Of a stretch of 64,000 nucleotides of DNA, positions 46,657-55,251 are shown piece after piece. The DNA comes from a virus. The stretch covers positions 7,164-71,163 of IMG/VR virus record IMGVR_UViG_3300047379_000570. One strand, given 5' to 3'. Below the pieces are notes generated by a model, which saw only the letters and a list, made by a program, of their open reading frames with translations, had not been told where the DNA came from and searched no databases. Made by a program: the position numbers and the translations under genes. Positions within the stretch are counted from its first letter, which is position 1, and each line of letters begins with the position of its first letter.

Positions 46657-49101
46657 TTAACCAAGTACTATGGCGTAAATATCGACTAATTCTTTGAGGA
46701 CTACATCAGTAACTTCGGCGCCTTCTCCAGCTGAACGCTGCCATTCTTCACCGTTCCAAGTTTCAAGATATTCTTGGTCTGAGTTGTATCTAGTTTCACC
46801 TTCGATTGGAGATGGGTTTTGTTGTGCTTCTGTTCCAACTGGAATAACTAAGCCAGTTGATCCGCCAAATTTTACATAGCCGTTATTTGTTGATGCTAAT
46901 ATTAAATCGTCATTAGTAGTATTTAAAAATGTACTATCTTTCAAATCAAAATTTTCTGCTTCGACTATATTAGAAGCAGTAGTACGTCTTAATTCTAAGT
47001 CGCTGTTTGATAGTGTAGTAGTGACAGTGTTGTTATCAAACAGTACATCTCCTGTTGACAACCCATGTAGATTAGTGCTATTACTATCTATACTACCAAC
47101 TGTTGTTCCTGCTGATCTAAAAATAATAGTATTATTTGTATCATGTGCATCTACGCTTGTCTGTCTGTCGCTTGAATACGTGCCGCCAAAACTTAAATTT
47201 CCAGTTGAAAATCCTTCAAATAAATTTGAATCTGTATTATATCTAATATCAGCTTGTAAGTTATTTCTTTGTATATCTGTACCATTACTTAGAATTAAAG
47301 AAACATTATTATCTGTATTAAATAATCCAGTAACCGGAGATAGTGTTAAATCTCCATCAATAGTAGTTATTGTATTTCCGTTAATTCTAATATTGCCTAC
47401 ATCAACTTTTGATCCATCAATAAATGATCTTTCAAGACCGTTGCGCACTGTTATAGAACCAATACCACTAAAGTCAATTGTACTAGCATCAATGCTTGTT
47501 GACCCAGTTTCAAAATCTACAAAAAAATTATCTCCAACTTTAAATGTACCGTCCGCATCAGTTGTTGTGTAATATATATTTCCAGAATTTAATTCAGTAA
47601 CTTCGTTTGCTGTAACAGTAAGTGTTCTATCATTTGATACATCTTTTCCTGCGCCAATGTAAGCAAAATTATGTCCTATTAGATACATTAGTGTATTTGC
47701 GCCATCTGCTTCTGCACCTTTAGTGCCATACACATTTGCCGAGCCTATTGATCTTATTTCTGCACCAAATGTTGTGCCGTCGTTAGCTTTACCAGCAGTT
47801 CCGTTTGTTGCATACAAACCTCTATTAGCAAAGTATGTAAAGCTGTTTAGCCATTCTACTCTAACGCCATTTGTCATTGTAATACAATCTACGCCAGGGG
47901 TAATGAATGTAGCTGAATGGAAAAGCATACTAGCTTCTCTAGTACTAGACCCTGTTGATGCTCCATCAATTAAAGCACCTTTGCCTGCATCTCCTTGATC
48001 AAAGCCTCTTGGGTCATCAGCACTTACAACACTACCCTTTGTAATAACTGTTACGTTTCTAATATACGGAGAGCGGTCTGTAATTATTGTATTAGCAGCA
48101 AAAGTAAATGCATGTCCTGGGCTATAAAAATCTTTAATTGTAAGATTTTCAATTGTAACATTTTGATTCATTTCAAATGCATTGTTTGTATTTGTTCCAG
48201 CAGTAGGTTTAATAATACAGTTTCTAATATCTTCGCCTGATATTGTAACCCTTTCAGGAACAACTAAAGGAAATACTTCTTCATATTCTCCTGGATAAAC
48301 ATGAATAGTTACTGGACCTTGTGTACTTGCATCAACTACGCTAAGAGCATGTGATAATGTACGGAATGCTCCGTGTTGATGGTCACCAACATTAGTATTA
48401 CTACCAAGTGTGCTTACATAAAATATGTTGCCTTGACGCCTTGCTAATGCACTACTTTCTACAATTACATTATCTACATATGTAGAAGTACCATTTAATA
48501 AATTACTGTATATTGCATTCCAACGTTTTGTTTGTATTCCTAATGCACTTGCATTTGAACTATCTGGTATAAGATCACTATTAACATCGGCTTCAAAGTC
48601 AACGCTGTCTTCAATGCCATCACCTAATACTAAACTTCCTCCAAATGTTATGTTACCAGTTGAATGTATGTTACCTGTTGAATTCCAAGAGCTTTGTATT
48701 TCAATTGTGCCTGTGCCATTTGGTCTTATTTCAATATTTGTATTATCAGTAGTAGAACTAAGTTCATTCCCGTCAAACTTTAAATTTGCAGTTTCAATGC
48801 CGGTTGCAAAAATATCTCCTGTTGAATTTAAATTAATAGTATTTTCAACTAATTGGGTTATTGAGTTTCCTTGCAATTCAAAACTGCCTAAGTTAAAAGT
48901 GCCAGTTGTTATTGCATTAGTTGTTCTAATAGGAGAGATTGTAGTAAGTACGTCAGGACTTGCCATCGAAGTAGTGTTAATACCAATTCGACTATTGTTA
49001 ACATCTAGGTAAAGTAAATCTGTTTCAAATGCAAGATCAACACCTTGACGTTCAAGATTAGATTTGAGTACTCCACCGCCGATTCTACCTACTTGCGACA
49101 T
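46657..49101 (-). CDS. Tail fibre/baseplate protein, paralogue of 43190..46522
   Basis: GVDLAFE.DLLYLDV.NSRIGIN, DDPRGF.QGDAG and FTYFANRGLYA shared; lacks the LamG-like insert. Confidence 0.8.
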   Translation of the reverse strand: MSQVGRIGGGVLKSNLERQGVDLAFETDLLYLDVNNSRIGINTTSMASPDVLTTISPIRTTNAITTGTFNLGSFELQGNSITQLVENTINLNSTGDIFATGIETANLKFDGNELSSTTDNTNIEIRPNGTGTIEIQSSWNSTGNIHSTGNITFGGSLVLGDGIEDSVDFEADVNSDLIPDSSNASALGIQTKRWNAIYSNLLNGTSTYVDNVIVESSALARRQGNIFYVSTLGSNTNVGDHQHGAFRTLSHALSVVDASTQGPVTIHVYPGEYEEVFPLVVPERVTISGEDIRNCIIKPTAGTNTNNAFEMNQNVTIENLTIKDFYSPGHAFTFAANTIITDRSPYIRNVTVITKGSVVSADDPRGFDQGDAGKGALIDGASTGSSTREASMLFHSATFITPGVDCITMTNGVRVEWLNSFTYFANRGLYATNGTAGKANDGTTFGAEIRSIGSANVYGTKGAEADGANTLMYLIGHNFAYIGAGKDVSNDRTLTVTANEVTELNSGNIYYTTTDADGTFKVGDNFFVDFETGSTSIDASTIDFSGIGSITVRNGLERSFIDGSKVDVGNIRINGNTITTIDGDLTLSPVTGLFNTDNNVSLILSNGTDIQRNNLQADIRYNTDSNLFEGFSTGNLSFGGTYSSDRQTSVDAHDTNNTIIFRSAGTTVGSIDSNSTNLHGLSTGDVLFDNNTVTTTLSNSDLELRRTTASNIVEAENFDLKDSTFLNTTNDDLILASTNNGYVKFGGSTGLVIPVGTEAQQNPSPIEGETRYNSDQEYLETWNGEEWQRSAGEGAEVTDVVLKELVDIYAIVLG

Positions 49102-49127
49102 TTAATGTTCTCCCTCTGACTATGTAT

Positions 49128-49814
49128 TTATTTGTCAAAGTTATGTAATACTGTAATGTCTTTTCCAAAAGGTGGCGGAGATGTAAATCTTAGATAATAT
49201 CCTGTTGCTCTTACTTGCCCGGTTCCTGTAGGTGCGACATTATTCATGTTGAATACTGTATCTACAGCATTAGATGATGCACCTAGCAACGTAAAATCTG
49301 TAGTTCCAACAGTTGTTATTTTATACTGTGTACCTTGTGTTGCTGTTGTTACATCAATTTCTCCACCTAAGTCACTTGCTGGAGGATTTTGTATTATAGT
49401 ATAGTTAGTTGTTGCTATTTGGAAAACGTTTTCAACAAATACTAAAATGTGCCTTTCTTGAGAAGGTGCAAATAAAGTATTGTTTGCTAATTTACCAAAT
49501 ATAATATTAGTTGCGTCAGCACCTGTTAGTGTTTGTTGAACAATTCCTGGATCTCTATTAGGTTCTTTAAATCTAATCTGTCTCCAGCCGCCATCTTGAT
49601 ACGCTTCAAATTGATTGCTTGTAGTGTCATATCTAACTTGACCTTCGGTTTGTGCTGTAGCAATTCCAAATTCACTTGGTCGTTCAGATGAAACGCCCTT
49701 GGGTACTAACAATGCACGTTCGCTATCAACAATTACTTGATTGTCAATATCGTACTGCACACCTTTTCCGGTAATACTTCTTGAGTTAGTAGTTTGGCGC
49801 TTTATTAATCTCAT
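49128..49814 (-). CDS. Hypothetical virion protein
   Basis: P.G....RP...G.VRY.T....FE.Y motif shared with neighbouring fibre genes. Confidence 0.7.
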   Translation of the reverse strand: MRLIKRQTTNSRSITGKGVQYDIDNQVIVDSERALLVPKGVSSERPSEFGIATAQTEGQVRYDTTSNQFEAYQDGGWRQIRFKEPNRDPGIVQQTLTGADATNIIFGKLANNTLFAPSQERHILVFVENVFQIATTNYTIIQNPPASDLGGEIDVTTATQGTQYKITTVGTTDFTLLGASSNAVDTVFNMNNVAPTGTGQVRATGYYLRFTSPPPFGKDITVLHNFDK

Positions 49815-49818
49815 TTCA

Positions 49819-50346
49819 TTATACTTCCAAATAACTTACTGTTGCTGATAATACAGTATATCTTGATGTACGAGCTTCACCTGATCCTACGCCTGCGCCT
49901 GTTGCAACAAAGATAGTTCCAATAAGACTATCGCTTGCACCAATTGATGTAAAGTCTGTTGTTCCTGGGGTAGTAATTACATATTCTTTTCCAGTTACAA
50001 AACTACCTGCTTGTACAGGAGTATCTACAAATTCTGGTTCAGATTGAAATCTAATTTTGTCGCCTTGATCAAGAACAATTTTTTCATTATCAAACGTAAA
50101 TGTCTCTCCTGCAGGTAACTCTAAGTTGTTTATAACTCGAGTTACATAGTTGTCAGTTGCTTCGCCTTGTCGTACAAGGTGTATATCAAATTGAGCAGTT
50201 GTTGAACCATTATTACAAACTAAAATATTTGTAATAGCATATGTTTTGTTTTCAGGTACTGCGCCTGCATACGCACCAGGATTATTGCCTTCCGGATCTA
50301 ATATGTCTACGTATGTTTGTCTTAATTGTGCGTTTACAATTGCCAT
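49819..50346 (-). CDS. Small beta-sandwich fibre adaptor protein with an inserted module
   Basis: AITNILVCN...LELPAGETF...KIVLDQGD...ATVSYLEV. Confidence 0.7.
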   Translation of the reverse strand: MAIVNAQLRQTYVDILDPEGNNPGAYAGAVPENKTYAITNILVCNNGSTTAQFDIHLVRQGEATDNYVTRVINNLELPAGETFTFDNEKIVLDQGDKIRFQSEPEFVDTPVQAGSFVTGKEYVITTPGTTDFTSIGASDSLIGTIFVATGAGVGSGEARTSRYTVLSATVSYLEV

Positions 50347-50355
50347 TTTACTTCC

Positions 50356-51393
50356 TTAAAATAACATGCTGAATAGCAGTGATCTATTTTTACTTATTAA
50401 TTCATCTCGTGTTTGTTCTTTATTCACAAAAAACAAACCTGTTTTTCCGTTAGATTGATCCGAAGCATACAATTTAATGCCTTCGGTAGTATATAACGGT
50501 TCTAAATTTTCAGGTGACACATCGTCTAAACCTGGAACACTTGTTAATACTAGCGAATCTTCAACTTTAACTCCGCCAACTCCTGGCGCCCTAAGAACTA
50601 AATCAGCATCACTTGCTAGTGTTTCAATAGTAGTTCCTGCAACTCTTATTTGATCAAATTCCCAACGGTCTGCATACAGTTGAGAAACTACATTATTGTC
50701 TATTGCAAATTTTATTACACTTGGATTGCTTGTTGTTTCTTCGTCTTCAATAGTAATACTAGTAACTGATAACGATCCGTCACCAATTTGACTTAAGAAA
50801 ACATTAGCAAAGTTATATGCAACATAATCTGCTACACCTTGAACATTAGTTAATGCATCTGGATTTCTTAATGATCCATTAATATTGCCGCCGGCATCAT
50901 ATTCAAATGTACCGTATTCATAGTTTACTACATTTTCAACAGATACAGTAGGTGCTGCGCCGGAACCTGTTGACGGATTACCCGGAGTTAGCATTAACGA
51001 TGCTCCGCCAGTATCTAATCCACTTGTTCTAAGTTTTTGTAAATTGCTGCCACCGTCATAAATTATAAATCCGCTTATATCTTCATCATAACCAAAATAT
51101 GCATTAGCAATACTTCCTCGATTGATTTCTAATCCAGAAAATCTTTCAGTTCCTTGAATTCCATTTGAACCATCATCACCTTGATTAAGTGTAATAACTC
51201 TATCTGTAATAACAGTATCAGTAGTTTCTAGTCTTGTAAAGTTGCCTTCAACTACTAAGTCACCAGTTACAAAAACTGTTCCTGCATCTAGTCCAGTATT
51301 AAGTTTTATGTATCCGCCAGATTGAACAGTTACAGTATAGTTACCACTATCTGCAACTCCAGGCGTTCCTGCTATATTAAGATACTTAGACAT
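50356..51393 (-). CDS. Virion structural (fibre/baseplate) protein
   Basis: VTGDLVVEG...ITDRVITLN.G...SGLEINRG; ends SLLFSMLF. Confidence 0.7.
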   Translation of the reverse strand: MSKYLNIAGTPGVADSGNYTVTVQSGGYIKLNTGLDAGTVFVTGDLVVEGNFTRLETTDTVITDRVITLNQGDDGSNGIQGTERFSGLEINRGSIANAYFGYDEDISGFIIYDGGSNLQKLRTSGLDTGGASLMLTPGNPSTGSGAAPTVSVENVVNYEYGTFEYDAGGNINGSLRNPDALTNVQGVADYVAYNFANVFLSQIGDGSLSVTSITIEDEETTSNPSVIKFAIDNNVVSQLYADRWEFDQIRVAGTTIETLASDADLVLRAPGVGGVKVEDSLVLTSVPGLDDVSPENLEPLYTTEGIKLYASDQSNGKTGLFFVNKEQTRDELISKNRSLLFSMLF

Positions 51394-51404
51394 TCATTTT
51401 CCTT

Positions 51405-51431
51405 AAAAAATGTAGGGGATTGCTCCCCTAC
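51405..51431 (-). terminator. Intrinsic terminator
   Basis: Minus strand GTAGGGGA-GCAA-TCCCCTAC followed by ATTTTTT. Confidence 0.75.
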
Positions 51432-51441
51432 TTTTCTATTC

Positions 51442-51846
51442 TTAGTCAGCTTCAAAATCGTCTGCGTCAGTGAATGAATCATCTGTACCAGCTTCTTCCA
51501 TTTCAACTGCATTGTCATCAGTTGCATCACTGAAGTTCCAAGCAATACTTGCGCCTGTGTCAAGTGTTACTTTACGTCCTGCAATTTTAGTAACTTGACG
51601 AGCTGTTCCGCCATCGTCTTTAACTGTAATAGTCATCTCGCCTACATCTAATGTACCTTGCGATTTGTCAACTAAAGTACAATCCATTGTATTAGTACCA
51701 TCATAGCAACGGAACTTTTTAGATCCTAATTGCTTTACAATCCAGCCGTTTGCTTCTGCTTGTCCTGTAGCACGATAACGTACTTTAATTTCATTGCCGC
51801 CAGCTGTCGGCTCTCCAAAATATCTTTTGTTTAGTGGTCTTCCCAT
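51442..51846 (-). CDS. Hypothetical virion protein (possible head decoration)
   Basis: 134-aa ORF with strong SD AGGAG, its own late promoter and terminator, downstream of the capsid gene. Confidence 0.75.
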   Translation of the reverse strand: MGRPLNKRYFGEPTAGGNEIKVRYRATGQAEANGWIVKQLGSKKFRCYDGTNTMDCTLVDKSQGTLDVGEMTITVKDDGGTARQVTKIAGRKVTLDTGASIAWNFSDATDDNAVEMEEAGTDDSFTDADDFEAD

Positions 51847-51940
51847 TTGTTTTCTCCTATAAAAAGTAGTCCTATGCCCGTTCTATGAGCTACGCTGTGG
51901 TGCAGCATAAGTCCGCCTTGCGGCACACTATCTGACAATA
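51847..51940 (-). promoter_or_regulatory. Structured 5' leader (candidate cis-regulatory RNA)
   Basis: TGCC-GCAA-GGCG GNRA hairpin and TATGCTG-CACCA-CAGCGTA hairpin; follows late promoter 51942-51948. Confidence 0.5.
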
Positions 51941-51956
51941 GTATTTATCAAATAAG

Positions 51957-51991
51957 AAAAAAGCCCGACACAGTTAAGTATCGAGCTTTTT
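51957..51991 (-). terminator. Intrinsic terminator (T-tracts on both strands)
   Basis: Minus strand GCTCGATAC-TTAACT-GTGTCGGGC followed by TTTTTT. Confidence 0.75.
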
Positions 51992-52203
51992 AATAATAAA
52001 GTGATAGGTTGGACTTTGAGAATACCAACAACCTCCTAGTAGCTCTCGCTAAATTCGGAGGAGCCTAGCATCGGATAGTTACTTCCAAAAACATATCTTT
52101 GTATCTCTACAATCATATGTTGCCACTACAGCTACTAGCCAAGTTGTGTCACTACGCAACACCGTTCCTTGCACTATCTAACTTAGACCGTCGCCTAACT
52201 TAT
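51957..52203 (-). ncRNA. Candidate structured non-coding RNA (~245 nt)
   Basis: Own sigma70 promoter and intrinsic terminator, several perfect helices, no credible ORF. Confidence 0.6.
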
Positions 52204-52209
52204 GTAACT

Positions 52210-52237
52210 AATATAACATCATTACAAACAATGTCAA
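52210..52237 (-). promoter_or_regulatory. Sigma70-type promoter
   Basis: TTGACA (52237-52232), 16 nt, TATATT (52215-52210), with an extended -10 TG. Confidence 0.7.
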
Positions 52238-52258
52238 CCACTTTTTTAAAAAAAAGTC

Positions 52259-52287
52259 AAAAAAATAGGCCCCGTAGGACCTATTTT
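52259..52287 (-). terminator. Intrinsic terminator of the major capsid gene
   Basis: Minus strand ATAGGTCC-TACG-GGGCCTAT followed by a T-tract; C(UACG)G tetraloop. Confidence 0.85.
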
Positions 52288-52306
52288 CTGTTTAGTAAAA
52301 CTAAAC

Positions 52307-53485
52307 TTAGCTAAAGCTAACTGCTGTGTCAGTAATGTCTACTTTACCCAAGTAGTCAGCTGCGTTACCAAGCGATGACGCAGTGTTATTCAACTCAACA
52401 TATCCATAACGTGTCATGAATGATACTGTTGGTTCGAATGTACCTGGATCCAATACAACTCCTGAGCTCATTAGCGGGATGTATGGGCAATAGAATGCCG
52501 CTGCATCTGATTCGCTTGAACCTTTGTAGCCGATTAGTACCGCTGAATCATCAGCAGCATAAGTGTTTACATACACTTTCATAGCGTTGTTCAAAGTACC
52601 AACCATCTTAGTGTTAGTTGGAGCTTCAAAAGCACCTTCAGTTGTACGTGCAAACGCTGAAGTTGTAGCAGATTGTAGGATTGTTAACGCGAATGGCGAT
52701 ACAACAGCCCAGTTACCTGCACCTCTACGTGTGCGCTGTGCAATCAAGTTACTTACGCGGTTGATCTGCACTGCCAATGCGGCATGCTCGTCACCTACGA
52801 ATGTAGCTGTACCTGAAACACCTGTTTGTACATATGTTTCAGCAGCAGCACCAGCTAGTGTGTCTAAAGACGCTAGTACTTCTTGATCGATTTCAGCAGT
52901 AATCTCTTGTGCTAATGCAGCCATGATTTCTGCTTCAACGTCAATACCGTGCATAGACTGTGCGTCTTGTGCAGCTTCAAACGTCCAGCGAGCTGACAAC
53001 TTACGTGTCTTAGCTTCAACTGTCTGTTTCAAGATTTGAATTGACATTCTGTTACCGGCTTCACCTTCAAGTGCTGCTGTTGCATCAGCTTTACCTGATG
53101 TAGCATTACCTGAATATGCTTCAGCAATTTTGAATGGGCTTAAAGCTTCTTCGCCTGCTGTTGCACCTGATGCGCCTGTCCCTACTGTGTCTGAATAACG
53201 AACACGTAGAGTGTGGATTTGACCCACAGGACCAGTCATTGGTTGTACGCCTACTAACTCGTTAGCAATAACGGTTGGCATTACACGTCTGATTACTGGA
53301 AGAATCACACGGTTTAGTGTTGCAACGTTGCCCGCGCTTGTTGCACCAGCTGTAGCACTCTCTGACAAGTACTTGCGGGTATTTTCTAGCGTAGCAGCCA
53401 TAACAGACTTCTTGTTGCCTTGCAAGCCTTCAAGAAGAGCAGTTTTGGTGTCTACCCAGCGGCTTTCTAATAGTTCTGACATCAT
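52307..53485 (-). CDS. gp23: Major capsid protein (gp23-like)
   Basis: ELVGVQPMTGPVGQI, VEAKTRKLSARWTFEAAQD, EITAEID, FYCPYIPL and FMTRYG; SD spacing favours the second Met (53482). Confidence 0.97.
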   Translation of the reverse strand: MMSELLESRWVDTKTALLEGLQGNKKSVMAATLENTRKYLSESATAGATSAGNVATLNRVILPVIRRVMPTVIANELVGVQPMTGPVGQIHTLRVRYSDTVGTGASGATAGEEALSPFKIAEAYSGNATSGKADATAALEGEAGNRMSIQILKQTVEAKTRKLSARWTFEAAQDAQSMHGIDVEAEIMAALAQEITAEIDQEVLASLDTLAGAAAETYVQTGVSGTATFVGDEHAALAVQINRVSNLIAQRTRRGAGNWAVVSPFALTILQSATTSAFARTTEGAFEAPTNTKMVGTLNNAMKVYVNTYAADDSAVLIGYKGSSESDAAAFYCPYIPLMSSGVVLDPGTFEPTVSFMTRYGYVELNNTASSLGNAADYLGKVDITDTAVSFS

Positions 53486-53496
53486 TATCTCCTTAA

Positions 53497-54597
53497 TTAT
53501 AATCCAGCAAGACGTTTAATATCAACCACATTACTTTGTGTTTCATCGTCTGCTTTAGTTGCTGTCATTGTTTCTTCTCTGTTGCCTGTAACTTCTTTGC
53601 CTTCTGTTAATGCTGCCTTACGCTTTGCTGGAGTATTTCCGTCGATTACCGATGGTAAGTACTTGTCAAACTGCTTTTGCAAACGGTCTGTCTGTACTGA
53701 TTCCAGTAAGTCTGTCATAATCTCGCGCTGATCATTGCTCAATGGAGCGATCAGTTCGTTCATAATCTTTTCTCTTTTTGCTGTTTCAACTAAACGCTGT
53801 TTTTCAACGTTAACTGATTCAGCTAAAGTTTTTGCCTTCGATGCAAATGCTTTTGCTTCTGAAAGTTGCTTGTTTTTAATATCAACAACTTTAAGAAGTT
53901 TAGACACTTCTGAATTCTCATTCAAGTGGCTAGTTGTATATTCGCTTGCAAATGCTTCGAAGATTTTACGACCAAAATCGTTTCTTCGTGCTGTATCAAT
54001 GTCTTCTTTAAGTGCAGCAATTTCACCTTGCAGTGATTTGCCAACCATTTCAGATACTGCTGTAGCACTTCTTTCAATAAAATCAGTCTTAACTTTATTG
54101 AAGTGTGTTTTAGCTTCACGTACTAAACGTACTTTTGTTTCTGCTAAATCTTTCTTGTCTTCATGGAATTCTGAAATTTCATTAGACAGGGCATCTACTA
54201 CAAACTCTTCTAACTGGCTATAACTTTCAGCCAGTGCAGCTTTGTCTGCTCGTAGTTCTTTGATTTCTGCTGCTAAATTTTCAGCAACAAAACCTTTTAG
54301 AAGATCTGCATTTTCACGCATTGCAACAGCATACTTCGCTTTTGCTTCTGCTAAACCTTTACGGTCTTCTTGAAATTCTGCAATCTCTTCTGCAAGACGC
54401 TCAGAAAGCATTGAGTCGATAGCTTCAACCATAGTTGACTTATCGTGCTCATACTTCTGTGCAAATTCTTCACGAAGTTCAGCAGCTACTTGCTGCTTAT
54501 TTTCAGAAACCTTTGCGTCCCACGCCTCTTCTAACTCAGCCCTGATTTCCTCTGAAACAACATCATTTTCAAACAGTGTTTTCAGTGCATCAATCAT
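53497..54597 (-). CDS. gp22: Prohead core scaffold protein (gp22-like)
   Basis: Glu/Lys/Ala coiled coil between the protease and capsid genes. Confidence 0.85.
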   Translation of the reverse strand: MIDALKTLFENDVVSEEIRAELEEAWDAKVSENKQQVAAELREEFAQKYEHDKSTMVEAIDSMLSERLAEEIAEFQEDRKGLAEAKAKYAVAMRENADLLKGFVAENLAAEIKELRADKAALAESYSQLEEFVVDALSNEISEFHEDKKDLAETKVRLVREAKTHFNKVKTDFIERSATAVSEMVGKSLQGEIAALKEDIDTARRNDFGRKIFEAFASEYTTSHLNENSEVSKLLKVVDIKNKQLSEAKAFASKAKTLAESVNVEKQRLVETAKREKIMNELIAPLSNDQREIMTDLLESVQTDRLQKQFDKYLPSVIDGNTPAKRKAALTEGKEVTGNREETMTATKADDETQSNVVDIKRLAGL

Positions 54598-54612
54598 TGT
54601 GTTCTCCTAATT

Positions 54613-55230
54613 TCACTGGAGTTTACTGATTATATTAATCAGTGATTCCTTTAGATACTTTTGTGCCTTTGGGTCTTCTTTAGTAGCCTGTGCTAATTCA
54701 TATGCCTTCATCCCGCCCCTTGAATTCATAAGTTGTTCATAAATTGGAGTAGGATATGCACCAGGAGCAGATGGCTGAGCAACTACGTCCACGGTAATAA
54801 TTTCAAAGTCAGCAACGTTACCGCTGCTGTCAACTTCACCAGAGCCCCTAGATGAAACACCTAGTTTAACTCCGCTTTCAAGCATTGTTTTAACTAGTTG
54901 TCCCATTGGGGTTGGTAAAATTTTCAACTTTCCGTAACCGTTGTCACCATCCATCCAACATTCAGTTATCATATGGCTTACACGGTCAATATTAATGTTA
55001 AGTCCTTCTGGATGATCAACTTCTCCGAGAGGAGTATAGCCACCGCTAATCTGATCATTGAGCGTTTTGACAGCCCTGCCGATTTCATCTACAGGATACA
55101 CTCGCTGATTAGCATTACGAATACCGCCTTGGATAATAATACCTTTTAAATAAAGGTCTTTACCTTCGTTAGCGCCTTCTAATACTACGTTAGCTTGGTC
55201 AAATGTCAAATGCTCTCGTAAATCGTTCAT
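54613..55230 (-). CDS. gp21: Prohead protease (gp21-like)
   Basis: NANQRVYP, LGEVDHP, VSH, TPMG, LGVSSRGSG and DVVAQPSAPGA. Confidence 0.95.
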   Translation of the reverse strand: MNDLREHLTFDQANVVLEGANEGKDLYLKGIIIQGGIRNANQRVYPVDEIGRAVKTLNDQISGGYTPLGEVDHPEGLNINIDRVSHMITECWMDGDNGYGKLKILPTPMGQLVKTMLESGVKLGVSSRGSGEVDSSGNVADFEIITVDVVAQPSAPGAYPTPIYEQLMNSRGGMKAYELAQATKEDPKAQKYLKESLINIISKLQ

Positions 55231-55251
55231 CAAGATTTCCTAACTGCTTTT

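Noticed and set aside
52036-52118. 26-codon minus-strand ORF (MIVEIQRY...) inside the candidate ncRNA, and the plus-strand ORF 52099..52314
   Set aside because: No SD; the short ORF coincides with perfect helices, and the plus-strand ORF runs through the promoter and terminator
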